Shown here: positions 25,801 to 38,011 of the stretch, one piece after another
How positions within the stretch are numbered: the first letter of the stretch is position 1
How the letters are laid out: every line of letters starts with the position of its first letter
From: Phoronis australis
Taxonomy: Eukaryota > Animalia > Phoronida
Assembly: GCA_002633005.1 (NCBI GenBank)
Contig: NMRA01000133.1
Coordinates: 347,385 to 411,384 of the forward strand
DNA: 64,000 nucleotides
Direction of reading: 5' to 3'
Program-made: the position numbers and the translations under genes
Notes under the pieces: model-generated
What the model saw: the letters and a program-made list of their open reading frames with translations, nothing else
Databases searched by the model: none
Told to the model about the DNA's origin: nothing

Positions 25801-28800
25801 GAAATAGCATGCGTTGAGCGTACAGTTTTCTTTGTTACAAAAGGCTGAGAATTATGAAATAAAATAACGTTTACTAGATTGTTTTTCACTTAAATGGCTC
25901 TAGAAGGCAAGGTGAGTGTTGGTTGACACCCAGATATTTGCACGCTCCCCTGCCGGTTTAGAGCTCTATGTGATGACATTAGTTTCGTGACGAGGTGACG
26001 AGCAGAACTACTCGGACTGTGTCACAGGAAAGAAAAACGAAAAAGGTTGTGAGTATGCACGTTGATCTGTCGACTGAACTACGTACTTGCATGGCTAATG
26101 ACCTATATCTCTTTATGCCGTACAGCCCCAGTGACATCACGAAAAACAGTGCTTGCAGTGGGGCTTTATGGAACTAATAAATTTTTACTTTTCAAAGTAA
26201 AAAAGAAAAATACTGCGCACTATTTAGGAATATGTGGATGCCAGTGAACAACCTTTGTACTTTCAAAATTCATATTAAAATGCTGAAACATGTAGTTCAG
26301 GCCTCTTTTAAGGTCCACTATATCCAACCGGTGCCATCATCAGCAGCACTTAACAGAACCTCTATTTTTGTTAGAATTCTTTTCATATATAGTTAAATTG
26401 TACAATGACAGTAAAATTGAGCAACGAGTGCGCGAAATGGCGGCAAGAACTTCGCATTCTCATGGCAAGACAATTTATGACAGTCGAGAAAAACAGTCCA
26501 GACCAAACCTTTTGCATTGTGCTTACATAATCAAGCTGACTTTGGTCTGTTCACTGGTCCTTAGTCTTATTGAGCATACTAACTTTAGTATCCTCCTAAA
26601 TTTAAACTGGTCTAAATCCCCTTTTGCATTGGATGAAAAATTATTGTGCACAAGAAAGAGCGTTAGTCCACCATTCTAAATCCATAATGCAAAAGGCACT
26701 TAGTCTAAACCTTGTCTTGGTGATTTCAGCCTAACCAGGTTCTGCAAACAGCTACCAACTATTTATATTTCTTCTGACAGATCAAAGCCCAATTCAGCTA
26801 AAACACATCCTCATTATCACAAGTGGATTCTGTAGTTGGATGTGGGTGGCTTTAATTCTCCTGGATACTCACACTAAGCAAGCCAACCATTACATACGCA
26901 GTCACATTTAGAGATATGGCAAATTATGTTTTTAGTTCCAAACTTTTAAAGGTAACGGTAACAAAAGTTTACATCAAGCATCGTCTCGTTTCAAAAGTAC
27001 AGGTAATTTAATCCAAATTCATTCTAACGTTAAGTTGGATTCACGAAAAGTCAATTTCAAAAAGTTAAAAAATGGGTTCTCTTTATACAACGCAGTTGAT
27101 CTCACTTAAACGCTTTAACAGAGTTAAAAGGCAGCTGCCAATAGTCATTCAAAATGTGTATGGATAGCTGGTCATACGTATACTTTTATCTCAACTGAGT
27201 GAAATTTAATTTGTCTTCAGACTCTCAACAAGTTTTTTAAGAAGAAATCTAAAATGTTGATGTTTGCTGTAACTTGCATTAATTTACTATAGAAGCATAA
27301 TATCCATAAACCTCTAAAGGCAAATTGACCCAAAGCGGCATATTCTAAAACAACCACACAGAGGGAGTTCTGAGCAGAACGAGCTAGTCATGTTCTTTCC
27401 ACAATGTCACACTCCTCTGGCAATTTTTTTGATTTATACCTCGTCAAAAGTCTGGAATGAATCACTCAGCATCGTGAAACTCAACACCTTGATTACAATC
27501 GCCTCAGGTATATCAGCAATCACAGTGGGCAGAGCAGGAGCTAATCAATTTCTCAAAGACTTCAGAAACTGTTGAACTCTTCAGTTGTGCGTGTTAATCT
27601 CTGATTAATACAACACCTATCTACTCTGTCTGCATCAGAAAAAAATCATTAAGAGATTTGGAAACAATATAGCTTTTACAATTAATCACTAGACGTGCGT
27701 GACTGATAATTCAAGTGATTGTTATTTGCATATATGTACTAATACATCACATCACTTCAGATAAAAAGAGGTGAGTAATAAAATTCACTCAAATCATACG
27801 AATGAGTATGGTTAGATAACACTATTCTCAAATGTTTAAAACAACATATTTTCCTAAAAGTCATTAAAGTTTATTAGGTCTGTAATAAATAGATTCACTC
27901 AAAAACGGGATTTCCTACATATAATTGGTGACACAATAAATGCAGTCTCTAAAATAAACATTGAATCTCAAAAGTACAAAATATACTAAATTATTCATTA
28001 TCTTTTTTCAATGGGAGAAAAATAATGCTTTCTCATCAACCCCAAGCCTCTACTACAAAACCCCTCCACTGATGTTACGTAACTCAAGAGAGTGTACACA
28101 ACTCAAGAGGTCAGAGATGATGACCAGTGAAGGACATTAGCAAAGATGAAGTGACCTCTCAAGTATCTACTATAGACAAATCAGTGATTATCAGCCAGGA
28201 CTTACTTTCTCCGCTGCAGAGATTTATTTCAGTAATGGACTACATACTAAATACTCTAGAGGAACAATTCAAAATCTGCAGGAATTACGGATTCACTTAT
28301 TGATTTTTGCAAACTTTCTCCAGGTGGAAAGTTAACCGTTGATCAGGGCTTCAAATGATTTAAGAGAAGTAATGCACGTATAGTATAGTAAATCTAAGAC
28401 CGAATTTGACGTTGATTCGAAGGATGCAAATAAAGCTTTGCCAACAATGCACTTCATCACAACAAAAGATCAGCTTCTCCTTGTTCAATTACAGTAAAAA
28501 TTCTCCAGTTTGAAACAGTCCCTACAACTTGTAATGCAGAAATTCGAGCAGAAATTGAATATTCCTGATTCTGAAAATTGGGACACAGTCGATTCTGGTG
28601 GTCATCGTATTTCTAAACTTTTGAACACTGAATAACAGTCTGAAAGTGGACAAATGGAAAATCATAAAATCGTGAATAGTAACTGCCAACGCAAACTTTT
28701 CATGGATCTTCACAATGAGTATCATGGAGGTGAATGGTCGTTATTCTTAAATTTGTAACGGTCAATATTGCCCATTTCTAAAATCCGATACAAGTTCTGA

Positions 28801-30115
28801 CCTTGAACAAAATCATTATTTTTTCACAGTAAAAACGGGACAATTTTTGCTGCAGTCTGTGAATCACTCGTTACCGAGCCAAGAAAAGACAAATGCGCCC
28901 TACTTGTCCATAACCGTGGAATTTCAATATCCAAAATGAAAAGGGCTCATTAAGATATAGCCATTGTATTAATAAGTACTCAGCAATCGTGGTATGATTG
29001 TTACACAACTGCCAAAAGTCAGAGTGCGATGACATCTGGTGGCAAGGAGATGTTGCAGAGCGGAACAAGTCTTCAAAATGTAAGGGTCTTGCAAAAACAC
29101 AAGATTTTTAAACTTATTTGCTGATTTTTGCCCCAAGGCAGAAATCAAAACCTGCACAATCATGTATGCAGTTAGCATTTGACAATACGGCCGATGATCA
29201 TATATTTTCTAGTTATTGCTTTTCAAAACGAACTGTAATATTACGTGTACACTGGCAGACCTAGGATGTCAGGCCCTTATCTCAACCTTTTTAGAACATA
29301 CCTCAAACACAATATATTTTTATAAAGGAAATAAAGTTTTCTTTACACACGTAATAATATACCTATCGTAAGTCACGTGATGTTCTCATTGTCACTACAG
29401 CATGAGATACTTGTCCATCACTAGCTACCCTGGGATTGGCTGCTGCCTGACCCTCGTTTGGGATCATTCACTGATCAATCAATGTTCGCCAATCGAAGAT
29501 CGGGCAGCAGCCAATCATAGACAAGCTGAGTGTCATGCAGTGGAGAGATTGAGACCCTCGTAAGACTTCAACAGATATAATTATGGCTAGATAGAAAGCA
29601 GTGAAAGTCTCTTTATTACATAAATAAAGTGTATGACAGGTATGTTCTAAAAAGACCAAACTCACGTGGTCAGTAACGCCAACCTTACTTTTAGAATAAA
29701 AGAGGTAGTATAAGGCCAGAGAACAGCATGCCTATAGGTTACGTTTCATTTGGTTGTGCCCATAGGAAGAAACCAGGCACCATAAATCTCATCAATGGGA
29801 CGTGGCCTTGCACAATGCATAAAATAAAAGCTTCTGAAAAACTACTGGAGCCCACAATCAGGTGACAAAGCACTCACACAGTTGGCCGAAAATTACTTTT
29901 TGTACAGTAGATGGCACTGGTCAGATGTAGCGGTACCTGATTTAGAGAACCAGTTTCCTCCACTGAATAATGTATTAATGGACCCACTGATGTATTATTC
30001 ACTTCAGTAATTGCCTGGTTCACTAAATCTGACCAGTACCCAATAGATCCTCTGGGCCACAATACTAAACCAAAGTCGTTAACACTCCATTTCAAGAAGA
30101 TTTAAGCTTACGTAC

Positions 30116-30432
30116 ATCTGCGTGCCTGCTTCACTCTCTGAGCTGCTGCTTGAACTCTCATCTTCTTCATCTCTGTGCTCTCGTTCTTCGTCAGAGTCAT
30201 CACTCAGGCTATCTTCACCCCCACGTAATACTCCAGAGTTCAACAAGGTGACGGACACGGATCTGGGTTCCGTATCACTATCCAGTCCGCTCAGATCTCC
30301 TAACGATTCTGGAATACTCGGTGTGGATGCCGCTGGTGAAGTCGATCGGCATTCGTCCGTTTCCAAATGGCCATTTGAGTCGAACATAAGTTCCTGCTCG
30401 TCCGAAGACGAATAAATGTTTGTTTGGCTCAT
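30116..30432 (-). CDS. Acidic Ser/Asp/Glu-rich first coding exon, probably the N-terminus of the otopetrin gene
   Basis: ATG at 30432 starts MSQTNIYSSSDEQELMFD...EEDESSSSSSESEAGTQ in sequence more GC-rich than its surroundings. Donor GTACGT at 30115 gives phase 2, matching the phase-2 acceptor at 4180. An alternative donor GTAAGC at 30111 is phase 0. Linkage to OTOP is inference. Confidence 0.6.
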
Positions 30433-30539
30433 ATCAAACTTATGATTTCCAGAAGAAGGTAAAACTAAAACGCACCGGTACGGAATCCATCCCTGGTCCC
30501 CAGCTAAACGCACATCACGTTCACTAACAACTACCGCAC

Positions 30540-30915
30540 CTGTCGCTTTTGTGAAGTTTGTGTTGAATGTGCTCGGGTAATAGCTCAGCTACTTAAAAAT
30601 CTAAGACAGGAAATATTGTACGAGTCATTGTCCAGTAAATAGTTGGTTACGTTCAAAATATGACTAATATTTAGAAATTACGTCACTTCTCTCTACACTA
30701 TTCCTTATCAAAGCACTTTTGGTTTAGTTGAAAAAAGTTTCGGATTGTCTCCCCTTCCCCTTTTCTAAAAGTGAAAACACGGAAGTAACGTGGGTCACAT
30801 GATTTTAGACTCCGCCATGAAAGATAAGTTGTGCTGTTAACAAGCTGGTAAACCGCTGTCATTCACTTATATTTGAGTCATACTTGCGGCAGCCGTACAT
30901 ATTTGTAGGTAAGAC
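30540..30915. promoter_or_regulatory. Putative bidirectional promoter and Rab9 5' non-coding exon
   Basis: Lies between the minus-strand ATG exon and Rab9. Contains TTACGTCA (CRE-like), CGGAAGT (ETS), GGTCACATGA (E-box), CCGCCAT (YY1-like) and a strong plus-strand donor AG/GTAAGA at 30909. Rab9 coding exon 1 has an acceptor at 37978 and so needs an upstream exon. Confidence 0.5.
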
Positions 30916-31008
30916 AGAGTGTTGCTTTTTTGATTTGAATAATTTAAGTTTATGCTGAATAATTTTCGATGAAACTCATACAATTCTCAGACAATATTGT
31001 AAAAAATC

Positions 31009-32024
31009 CACAGGCGTCCTCAGCTTCTGATCGTCCCCAATACACTACATATAATACTACAAGGTATGGCACTCCCTACTAGAAATTCCGGTTTGTCGCG
31101 TAAAGTCACGATATCGATAACTCTACACTTAGCCGCCAGTAGAAAAACTATTGAGTACTTCTGTAACTCACCCGCAATTTCCGGACCGTCCTTGACCTCG
31201 AGCGGCCCACAATGAAAGTGTGTGGGGGCTTTTTGTGAACATTTTTGTTCTTTGACTGCGAATTTCTTATGAAGTCGCCGGAACAGGACACCGTGAATGG
31301 TATTGGGAGAAAGAACAATTCTTCATGGTTTGTTGAACCTCTTGTTGTAGATGTGCTTCCAGTGAATTATATGGGCCTCTGTTAGCTAATCGTTAACAGG
31401 CAATTGCCTATTAGCTGAATGGTTAGCACGCTTGCCGGTTTTATGGGGGTCGCGGGTTCGATACCCAGGTCGGGTAATCTCGGCTATTACTACAAATGGC
31501 GTAGTCGGCAAACGGATGATCTACCGATGAAGCACCGCCAACTAGTACCCACGGACCTCGGGACGGCGCGTGTGGAAGGTTCCAGGAGTCAAGGACCTGT
31601 ATGAGAGACTACCTTGTGTTCACCTGTGTTGTGGTGGTAAAGGTACCAAGAGATGTTGATGACCTGTATGCGAGACATCCTGGTGTTCACCTCCTTGGTC
31701 GCGTGCCTGTTCCGTAGGGAAGGGGGGAATGTTGTAGATGTGCTTCCGGTGAAATATATGAGCCTCTGTAGCTACTCGCTAACGGGCAATTGCCTATTAG
31801 TTGAGTGGTTAGCACGCTTGCCGGTTTTATGGGGGTCACAGGTTCGATCCCCGGGTGGGGTAATCTTGGCTATTACTACACTCTGTTTTGTGTAAATTTA
31901 TTGAGTTTTATATTTGCTATGGACGGCTGAAGTGAAGCACCCGTGGAATTTCTAGTCGGGAGTGTCATACCTTGTAGTATTATATGTAGTGTATTGGGGA
32001 CGATCAGAAGCTGAGGACGCCTGT
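31009..32024. mobile_element. Non-autonomous TIR DNA element (CACAGGCGTCC family, 8-bp TSD), host of the TRIM insertion
   Basis: Long TIRs CACAGGCGTCCTCAGCTTCTGATCGTCCCCAATACACTAC..., flanked by AAAAAATC on both sides. Confidence 0.8.
31343..31880 (+). mobile_element. Miniature non-autonomous LTR retrotransposon (TRIM) with tRNA-derived LTRs (Helenus-like)
   Basis: LTRs 31343-31494 and 31730-31880 (TGTTGTAG...ACTACA, about 90% identical), PBS TGGCGTAGTCGGCA at 31497, PPT AGGGAAGGGGGGAA at 31716-31729, 4-bp TSD CTCT on both sides, A/B boxes within each LTR. Confidence 0.9.
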
Positions 32025-32064
32025 AAAAAAATCCACCAGGCGGTACCCACAGCCACAGCACAGG

Positions 32065-32780
32065 CACAGGCGTCCTCGGCTTCTGATCGTCCCCAATACA
32101 CTATATACAATACAACAAAATATGACACTCCGGACCAGAAATTCCACGGATACTTCACTTCAGTCGTCCATATCAAACACAAAACTCAATAAATTTACAC
32201 AAAACAAGGTTTCAACACACCAGGCATTAGCAATTGTTTTTTCTTTTAATATCATTCACAGTGTCCTGCTCCAGCGAGATCACAACAAATTTGCGGTCAA
32301 AGCACAAAAATGTTCCCAAAACGCCCACGCATTGAGCCTCCTTGGACAGTTCGAGAACGAGGACGGTATGGCCATTGCCGATTTGTCACGGACTGTCACG
32401 ACATCGATAACTCCACATTAGCCAGACCATTTTGTAACCTTCCGTGAGAAGCTGTCCATCTGTTACTCATTGGATAATTCCGTACTGCCCCTGACCGCGA
32501 ACCGTCCAAGGAGGCTCGATGCGTGGGCTTTTTGGGAACATTTTTGTGCTTTGACCACGAATTTGTTGTGATCTGGCTGGAGCAAGATACCGTGAATGGT
32601 GTTAGAAGAAAGAGCATTTACTAATGGTTTGTTGAAACCTTGTCTTGTGTAAATTTATTGAGTTTTATGTTTGATATGGACGGCTGAAGTGAAGTACCCA
32701 GGGAATTTCTGGTCGGGAGTGTCATACCTTGTAGTATTACATAGGGTATTGGGGACGATCAGAAGCTGAGGAGGCCTGTG
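32065..32780. mobile_element. Second CACAGGCGTCC-family fold-back element, without the TRIM
   Basis: Same TIR at 32065 and its inverse ending at 32780; internally largely palindromic. It shows the empty TRIM-equivalent site near 32631-32657. Confidence 0.8.
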
Positions 32781-32811
32781 AGCGGTACAGTGTCACTGTT
32801 AGTACTAAATC

Positions 32812-32986
32812 TGAGTAGAGCAAGCGGCACTCATCGTATATAATGGACCCTGATTTAGAGAACCAGGCAATCACTGAATAACTGCCATTATTTAGTGGAT
32901 GAAACTGGTTCTCTAAGTCAGGGTCCATTATATCCGACTAGTGCCGAGCAAGCAGTACAGTACTTACTACAACAGCTAACTGTGTA
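32812..32986. repeat. Palindromic dispersed repeat (related copies at about 25265-25420 and 29875-30060)
   Basis: Hairpin TATAATGGACCCTGATTTAGAGAACCAG ... CTGGTTCTCTAAGTCAGGGTCCATTATA. CCTGATTTAGAGAACCAG is also at 29936 and a related block is at about 25297. Confidence 0.6.
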
Positions 32987-33154
32987 TGACTGGACGTCTA
33001 AATACAGCTTGCAAAGGATGTGGATAAAAATTTCCCAATGTAGGCGAAGTGTGCTTTTTCGTTTTGCTAAAACTCTGGTCCTTTCGCAACGAAACGTATA
33101 TATCAAAATCTAGCACTTCTAAGCCTACGTATTAAAGTTTTTGCTACTATTCAG

Positions 33155-33297
33155 TTGATACATGCTTACGGTGAATCCTATGAGCCTCTGTTAACTTCTT
33201 GCTAACAGGCGATTGCCTATTAGGTGAATGGTTTGCACTCTTATCCAGTTTTATAAGGTTTGTAGTTCAATTCCTGGGTCAGGTGACCTCGGCAATT
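33155..33297 (+). mobile_element. Diverged solo LTR of the tRNA-LTR TRIM family
   Basis: ATGCTTACGGTGAATCCTATGAGCCTCTGTTAAC...GCTAACAGGCGATTGCCTATTAGGTGAATGGTTTGCAC...GTTCAATTCC aligns with the LTR at 31343-31494. Confidence 0.7.
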
Positions 33298-36200
33298 GAC
33301 CTATCGCAAGCTCCACCCCTTTGGAGTTGCTACAAGACCTATGTTGTCCATTTGGTAAATGCCATTTTCTTACATCACTCTCCTGCTTTTGTAAAAAAGA
33401 AAAGCTATAAATCGATTTTAAAACTTGCGCCATTTGTGGTTTGGTAAAGTGACATCTTTTGGGGGTTGATTGTAACTTCACCTTAACAAAATTTCCTCAG
33501 AATTTTGGTTCATTGGAAATAAAGTATTCAAAGCGACGAACCAAGTTCAACCACGTCTTGTCACTTAATTAACTTTTATGAACTGTGTGCAATCTTGTGA
33601 AAAGAACAGTGGATTAAAGACTTGGCGAAAACAGAAATTAACCAACAGATGGCGCTTAATTTCATGGTGCTGAAATTTGATGCAAATGATCACTCCACAA
33701 ATGTAACTGCAGAATAATGAACTAACAACATTTTTTCATGTTGTTAACCAAGCTAATTTGTAGTCAAGGAACTGTAGTTTTTAATAGCTTTGTGCGAGAT
33801 TTCTCGTTTGCTCATATTTCATCCAGATTGTTCCAAACATGTATGTTTATACAACGTTGCACCAAGAAGAAATTTTCACGCAATTAAGACAGGCTTTATA
33901 CAACTGTGTAGCATATGGAAGCAGGAATTCATAAAAACAGACCACCACTTATGTAATACTTAGGATTTTACTTTCCGCTACTTTGCTGTGGTTTGGCAAG
34001 AATTTAGTTAATGAATAAAGGTTTAATTGTTGTTCCAAGCTCATCATACGATTTTGTCGCAAGGTCATGTGTAGTTGCCTTTGCATTACATTCAATATTG
34101 AGTTACCAATATTTGAACTGTGGCGTGTGAGTTGAATGTCCTGCCTGCTCGGCCAAACAGCAAGTGCTCGCTAACGTATGATTTAACGAGGCCTTTATTC
34201 ATCTGTTCATCATACTCGGAACCAGAAATTCACAGCGCTTTTTTCAGTCGTGCTAAACAGTGAGGGGTTGCGTAAAATATACCTGCACTGAGACGTTAAC
34301 CCGGAATCTTCTGAGTATGAGGCAAGAGTGCAAACCAATTGGCCAAGTGGAAATTACCTGGTGAGGGGCTTTGTAACAATACTCATACTTAAATCCGTTA
34401 TCTTGTGCATGTGTGTCAAGCATCCAAACCAATCAGCTAAGAGGCAATTGCTTATTGGCGAGCGAGCGATGAGGCTTTACAACAAGAGTAAGCTGCTATG
34501 TGTCCTGGGAATAAGTACCATTTGAGCATAAATTGAGGGACATCTGAGGAGACAACTGCTTTTTTAAATCCTAATTGGAACACATGTTCCCAATAATTAA
34601 GTTGTCTTTCTGATGTCAGTTTATTTGCCAGCAAAATTGTGAACTAGACATTTTTGATGCGGTTGCATCACTGCACATATTTCCATGACCTCTGACCTCT
34701 GACCTCTGGTCAGGATCACAAGTGCACTAAACTTTTCCCTTAGGATCACTACTATCATACCTAGCGCCACCTGGACTACAAAATGGCAATGTCAACGATT
34801 TCGATAGTGAATGAAATGACAGGAATATTTTTGGGGGTTCAAAAGACTTAAAGACATCAATGGCATCAAAAAGTGTCTATCTGTGGTCAAACGTTCTTTT
34901 AACAAAATGGGTGTAGTGATTTAGTCAGTGTGAAGCATGGTTTGCTGTAATTCATCTGTCGTCTAGAGTACCAGTCACTTGTAAACTGTCTGAGCCAGCT
35001 CAGATGGTAGCATTGTCTATTGTGGTGCCTGGTATCAGATTGCAGCAACGCTCTTGGCATCCTGACATTTCCTTTCAGCAACACTGGGCATGTTATGGAA
35101 TTTGCCTTCAGTAACACTGGTGTTATGCTCGTATGTCCGCCAGTTTGATGCTACTTTGTTGGGAGTCGCATGGCTCCCATCCATCTCTCGAAGTCTTGTG
35201 TACATCTCAGGGTGGTGGTCTCATTTTAGTTTGGGCGCTGTTGTGAAAGTCTTCTTGTCCACAGGTTGAAGCTAGACCACCGTCGTGTAAAAGGAGCGTC
35301 CAAAACAATCAGCCAAAGAGCAGTTGCTCACTAAGGAGTGATTTATTTTACTATGTCACACCCAGAATGCAAAAATCACAACACAAGTAGTTTTCCCTTG
35401 ACTATGCCACCAATAATGTATTTTGATATGTGAAGAGTGTAGAAAGATCTGTTAATTTGGGACACATTATGGTTGATAGGTGAAATCATGTGTTATTTTT
35501 TTGTTAATGGCACATAGTACCAAAATGAAGCTCTGTAGCATAGATACCAACAGACACTATTTGATTTTTGTCTTGATTGACATGTACACCTTGCCTGTGA
35601 TTTGACTACTTGTGTTGCCAACTCTTTTGATAACAATTCAGATCAGGTGAGCTTGGTAATGTTTTTAAACCCCAAAGCGTTTGTGTTAAAAATTCAACAT
35701 TGATAGCTAAATGGGGAAATTGAGCTTTAATGTTGATTTAGAGTTAATATAAGTTGCCTTGACATGGTGAGTCATTTCATGTGTCAAGAATGGTTTCAAG
35801 GGACACTTAACTGTCAGTTCCTCTCAAGTCCAGAAATACTTCTCATGTGAGCGAGAAATATGTTTAGATCAGTGTTGATATTAGGTGATTTTAATCAAAA
35901 GTTACTATTTGACGGAAGGCAGGTTAACATTTGATTTATGCACAGGTACTTGCTTTACTTTGGAAATGCATACCTTATATTACTGCAATTAAGTTACCTC
36001 AGTTTTGCTATTTCTCTCCACAACTGTGTGTGCATGGTCGTTAATATAATGATTTGTTTGTATTCATTCTACCATTTTAATTTAGTACTGACAAGTCTCT
36101 AAATAATTTTTATCTTGTAATACATTGTTCAAATGCCCCAGCAGCCTTTTGACATGCAGTGTGTATTGCTGAAAGCAAATTCTGCTCAACTGGTTTAGTT

Positions 36201-38011
36201 AGTCATGTGAGATTTGAGATTGCTGGAGGTGAAATGCTTGAACTACTTAGCTTGCCCTTTTGTTATGTTATAGCATGAAAGTTGGAGTTTGAACTCTCTT
36301 CATGCTAATTGTGTTAGCTACAATATTGGTTTCATTTTCTCAGTTGAAAGCATACTTCGGCCCTCTATCCACCAAACATAGAACAAACCACTCATTTCAG
36401 CTTAGCAGTTTGTAGAAGTGGTTGCGTTTTCACTCTGTTGTAATGTTGAAATACTTACCTCTGTTATCTTGGTTAAGTTCACAGTCAATTCCTACAAAAG
36501 CTGCCTCACTGACTTTTGACTGAGTGAAATTAAAGTGCATGGGCTAGTATTGTAAAATCATGTTTTACAAATGTACATTAGTAATTTTGGAAGGTCTTCT
36601 TTAGTGTCAAGCTCTGTGACCATTAGAGGTACTTTCCAAGTCATAGAAAGATTAGCTCAGTAAAAATTGGTGATCACTGACGCAGTATCTATAGTCCTTC
36701 ACTCATGATGCCAGCACTGTTTCTGAGGAGTGAATCATTCAAAGCGGCCATAAGCCCGCATTTCGTCCAAGAAGTGAGGGCTAACTTAGACGACTTGTGT
36801 CTATAAAATTGTTTTCTACTCAGATTTTTGGGCTTGCAAAGTGTAGCTGGTTGGATATGCATTGCGATCGTGATCGGAGCACAAGATGACAAGCCAACTT
36901 ACAAGTAGAACATATGGCAGTTATAGGCTTTTGGTTCATTTGAGGCCCTGAAATCACTTTCAGTTTGACTAATTTCGTAACGTTTCGTTTTTTGATGGAA
37001 CGTGGGTTTATTCACTGATAAATGTCTGACATGCGTACGTTGAAGTTTCCTTGAAGTAAGTTCCACTATATGGCTGTTCTTCATGTGCTACTAATTTAAG
37101 CCCAGCATATAAGTGTGATTGCACCATACATGAATAAACGTCTGATAGCTTGTTCTAAGTATTCAAATTAATGTGAACTAAAAGCCATGTCAGACTGTGC
37201 CATCCAGCTTCCTGATTGTGGTTTTTCTCAGGTCTTGATGGAATTACTGTAGCATGTTTTAAGTACTTTCATAATGCTCAGTGGTGGAATTTGGGATTTG
37301 TTGGTCTTTATGGTAGGCCTTTTGTACCCTTTTATCAAATATTTGAAAAGCAGTTCAACTGAGGATTTCTTGGGATTAAGATTTAAAGTTCAGTTTTTGG
37401 GAAAGATAGACACGCTTTTTCGGGCTAATTATTCGAAATGAAGGCACCCATGACCCAAAAAACAACACATCTGGTTTGCATGATCCCTGAGGGTTGTGTA
37501 GAACCTTATTGACAAGTCTATAGATTTTAACTTAGCAAAAGTATATATTTCTTGAAAGTAGAAAGCTGGTAGGATTTTGTTTTTGACGTTTTATCAGTCT
37601 GCCATTATCTGGGTCATGTGACCATGTATTTTTTAGTAAATTGGTCTCATTGTTCCTTACTCAGATGAAAGTGAGTTTTGGTTTTGTAATTAGTTGCTGC
37701 TGGAGACTGTGCACAGCGTCACGTGACGAGTCAAATAGTAGAACAGTGTCTCCATCACTGTGCATCACGTGACGAGTCAAACAGTTGAGCTCTGTCTCCA
37801 TCACTTTTTTTTCCCAGCCCAGAAACCACATCTATTTTGACAAAGAAAAATTCAATGAAAAGCTGTTTTTGTTATAGAAGGTAAATTTATAGTCACTTTT
37901 AATCCAAGAATCAATGCTTGTTGCAGTTAGATGTGAGAATTTCTGTAAAAATCCATGTTGTTCATTTTTACTTCTCAGGTATGGAGCATTGAGGTCATCG
38001 ATCGTCAAATC

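Noticed and set aside
30122-30415. Plus-strand Ser-rich ORF
   Set aside because: Antisense of the acidic minus-strand exon; no ATG start.
31404-31477. Functional tRNA gene
   Set aside because: The anticodon arm is poorly formed and the sequence is part of an LTR present in multiple copies.
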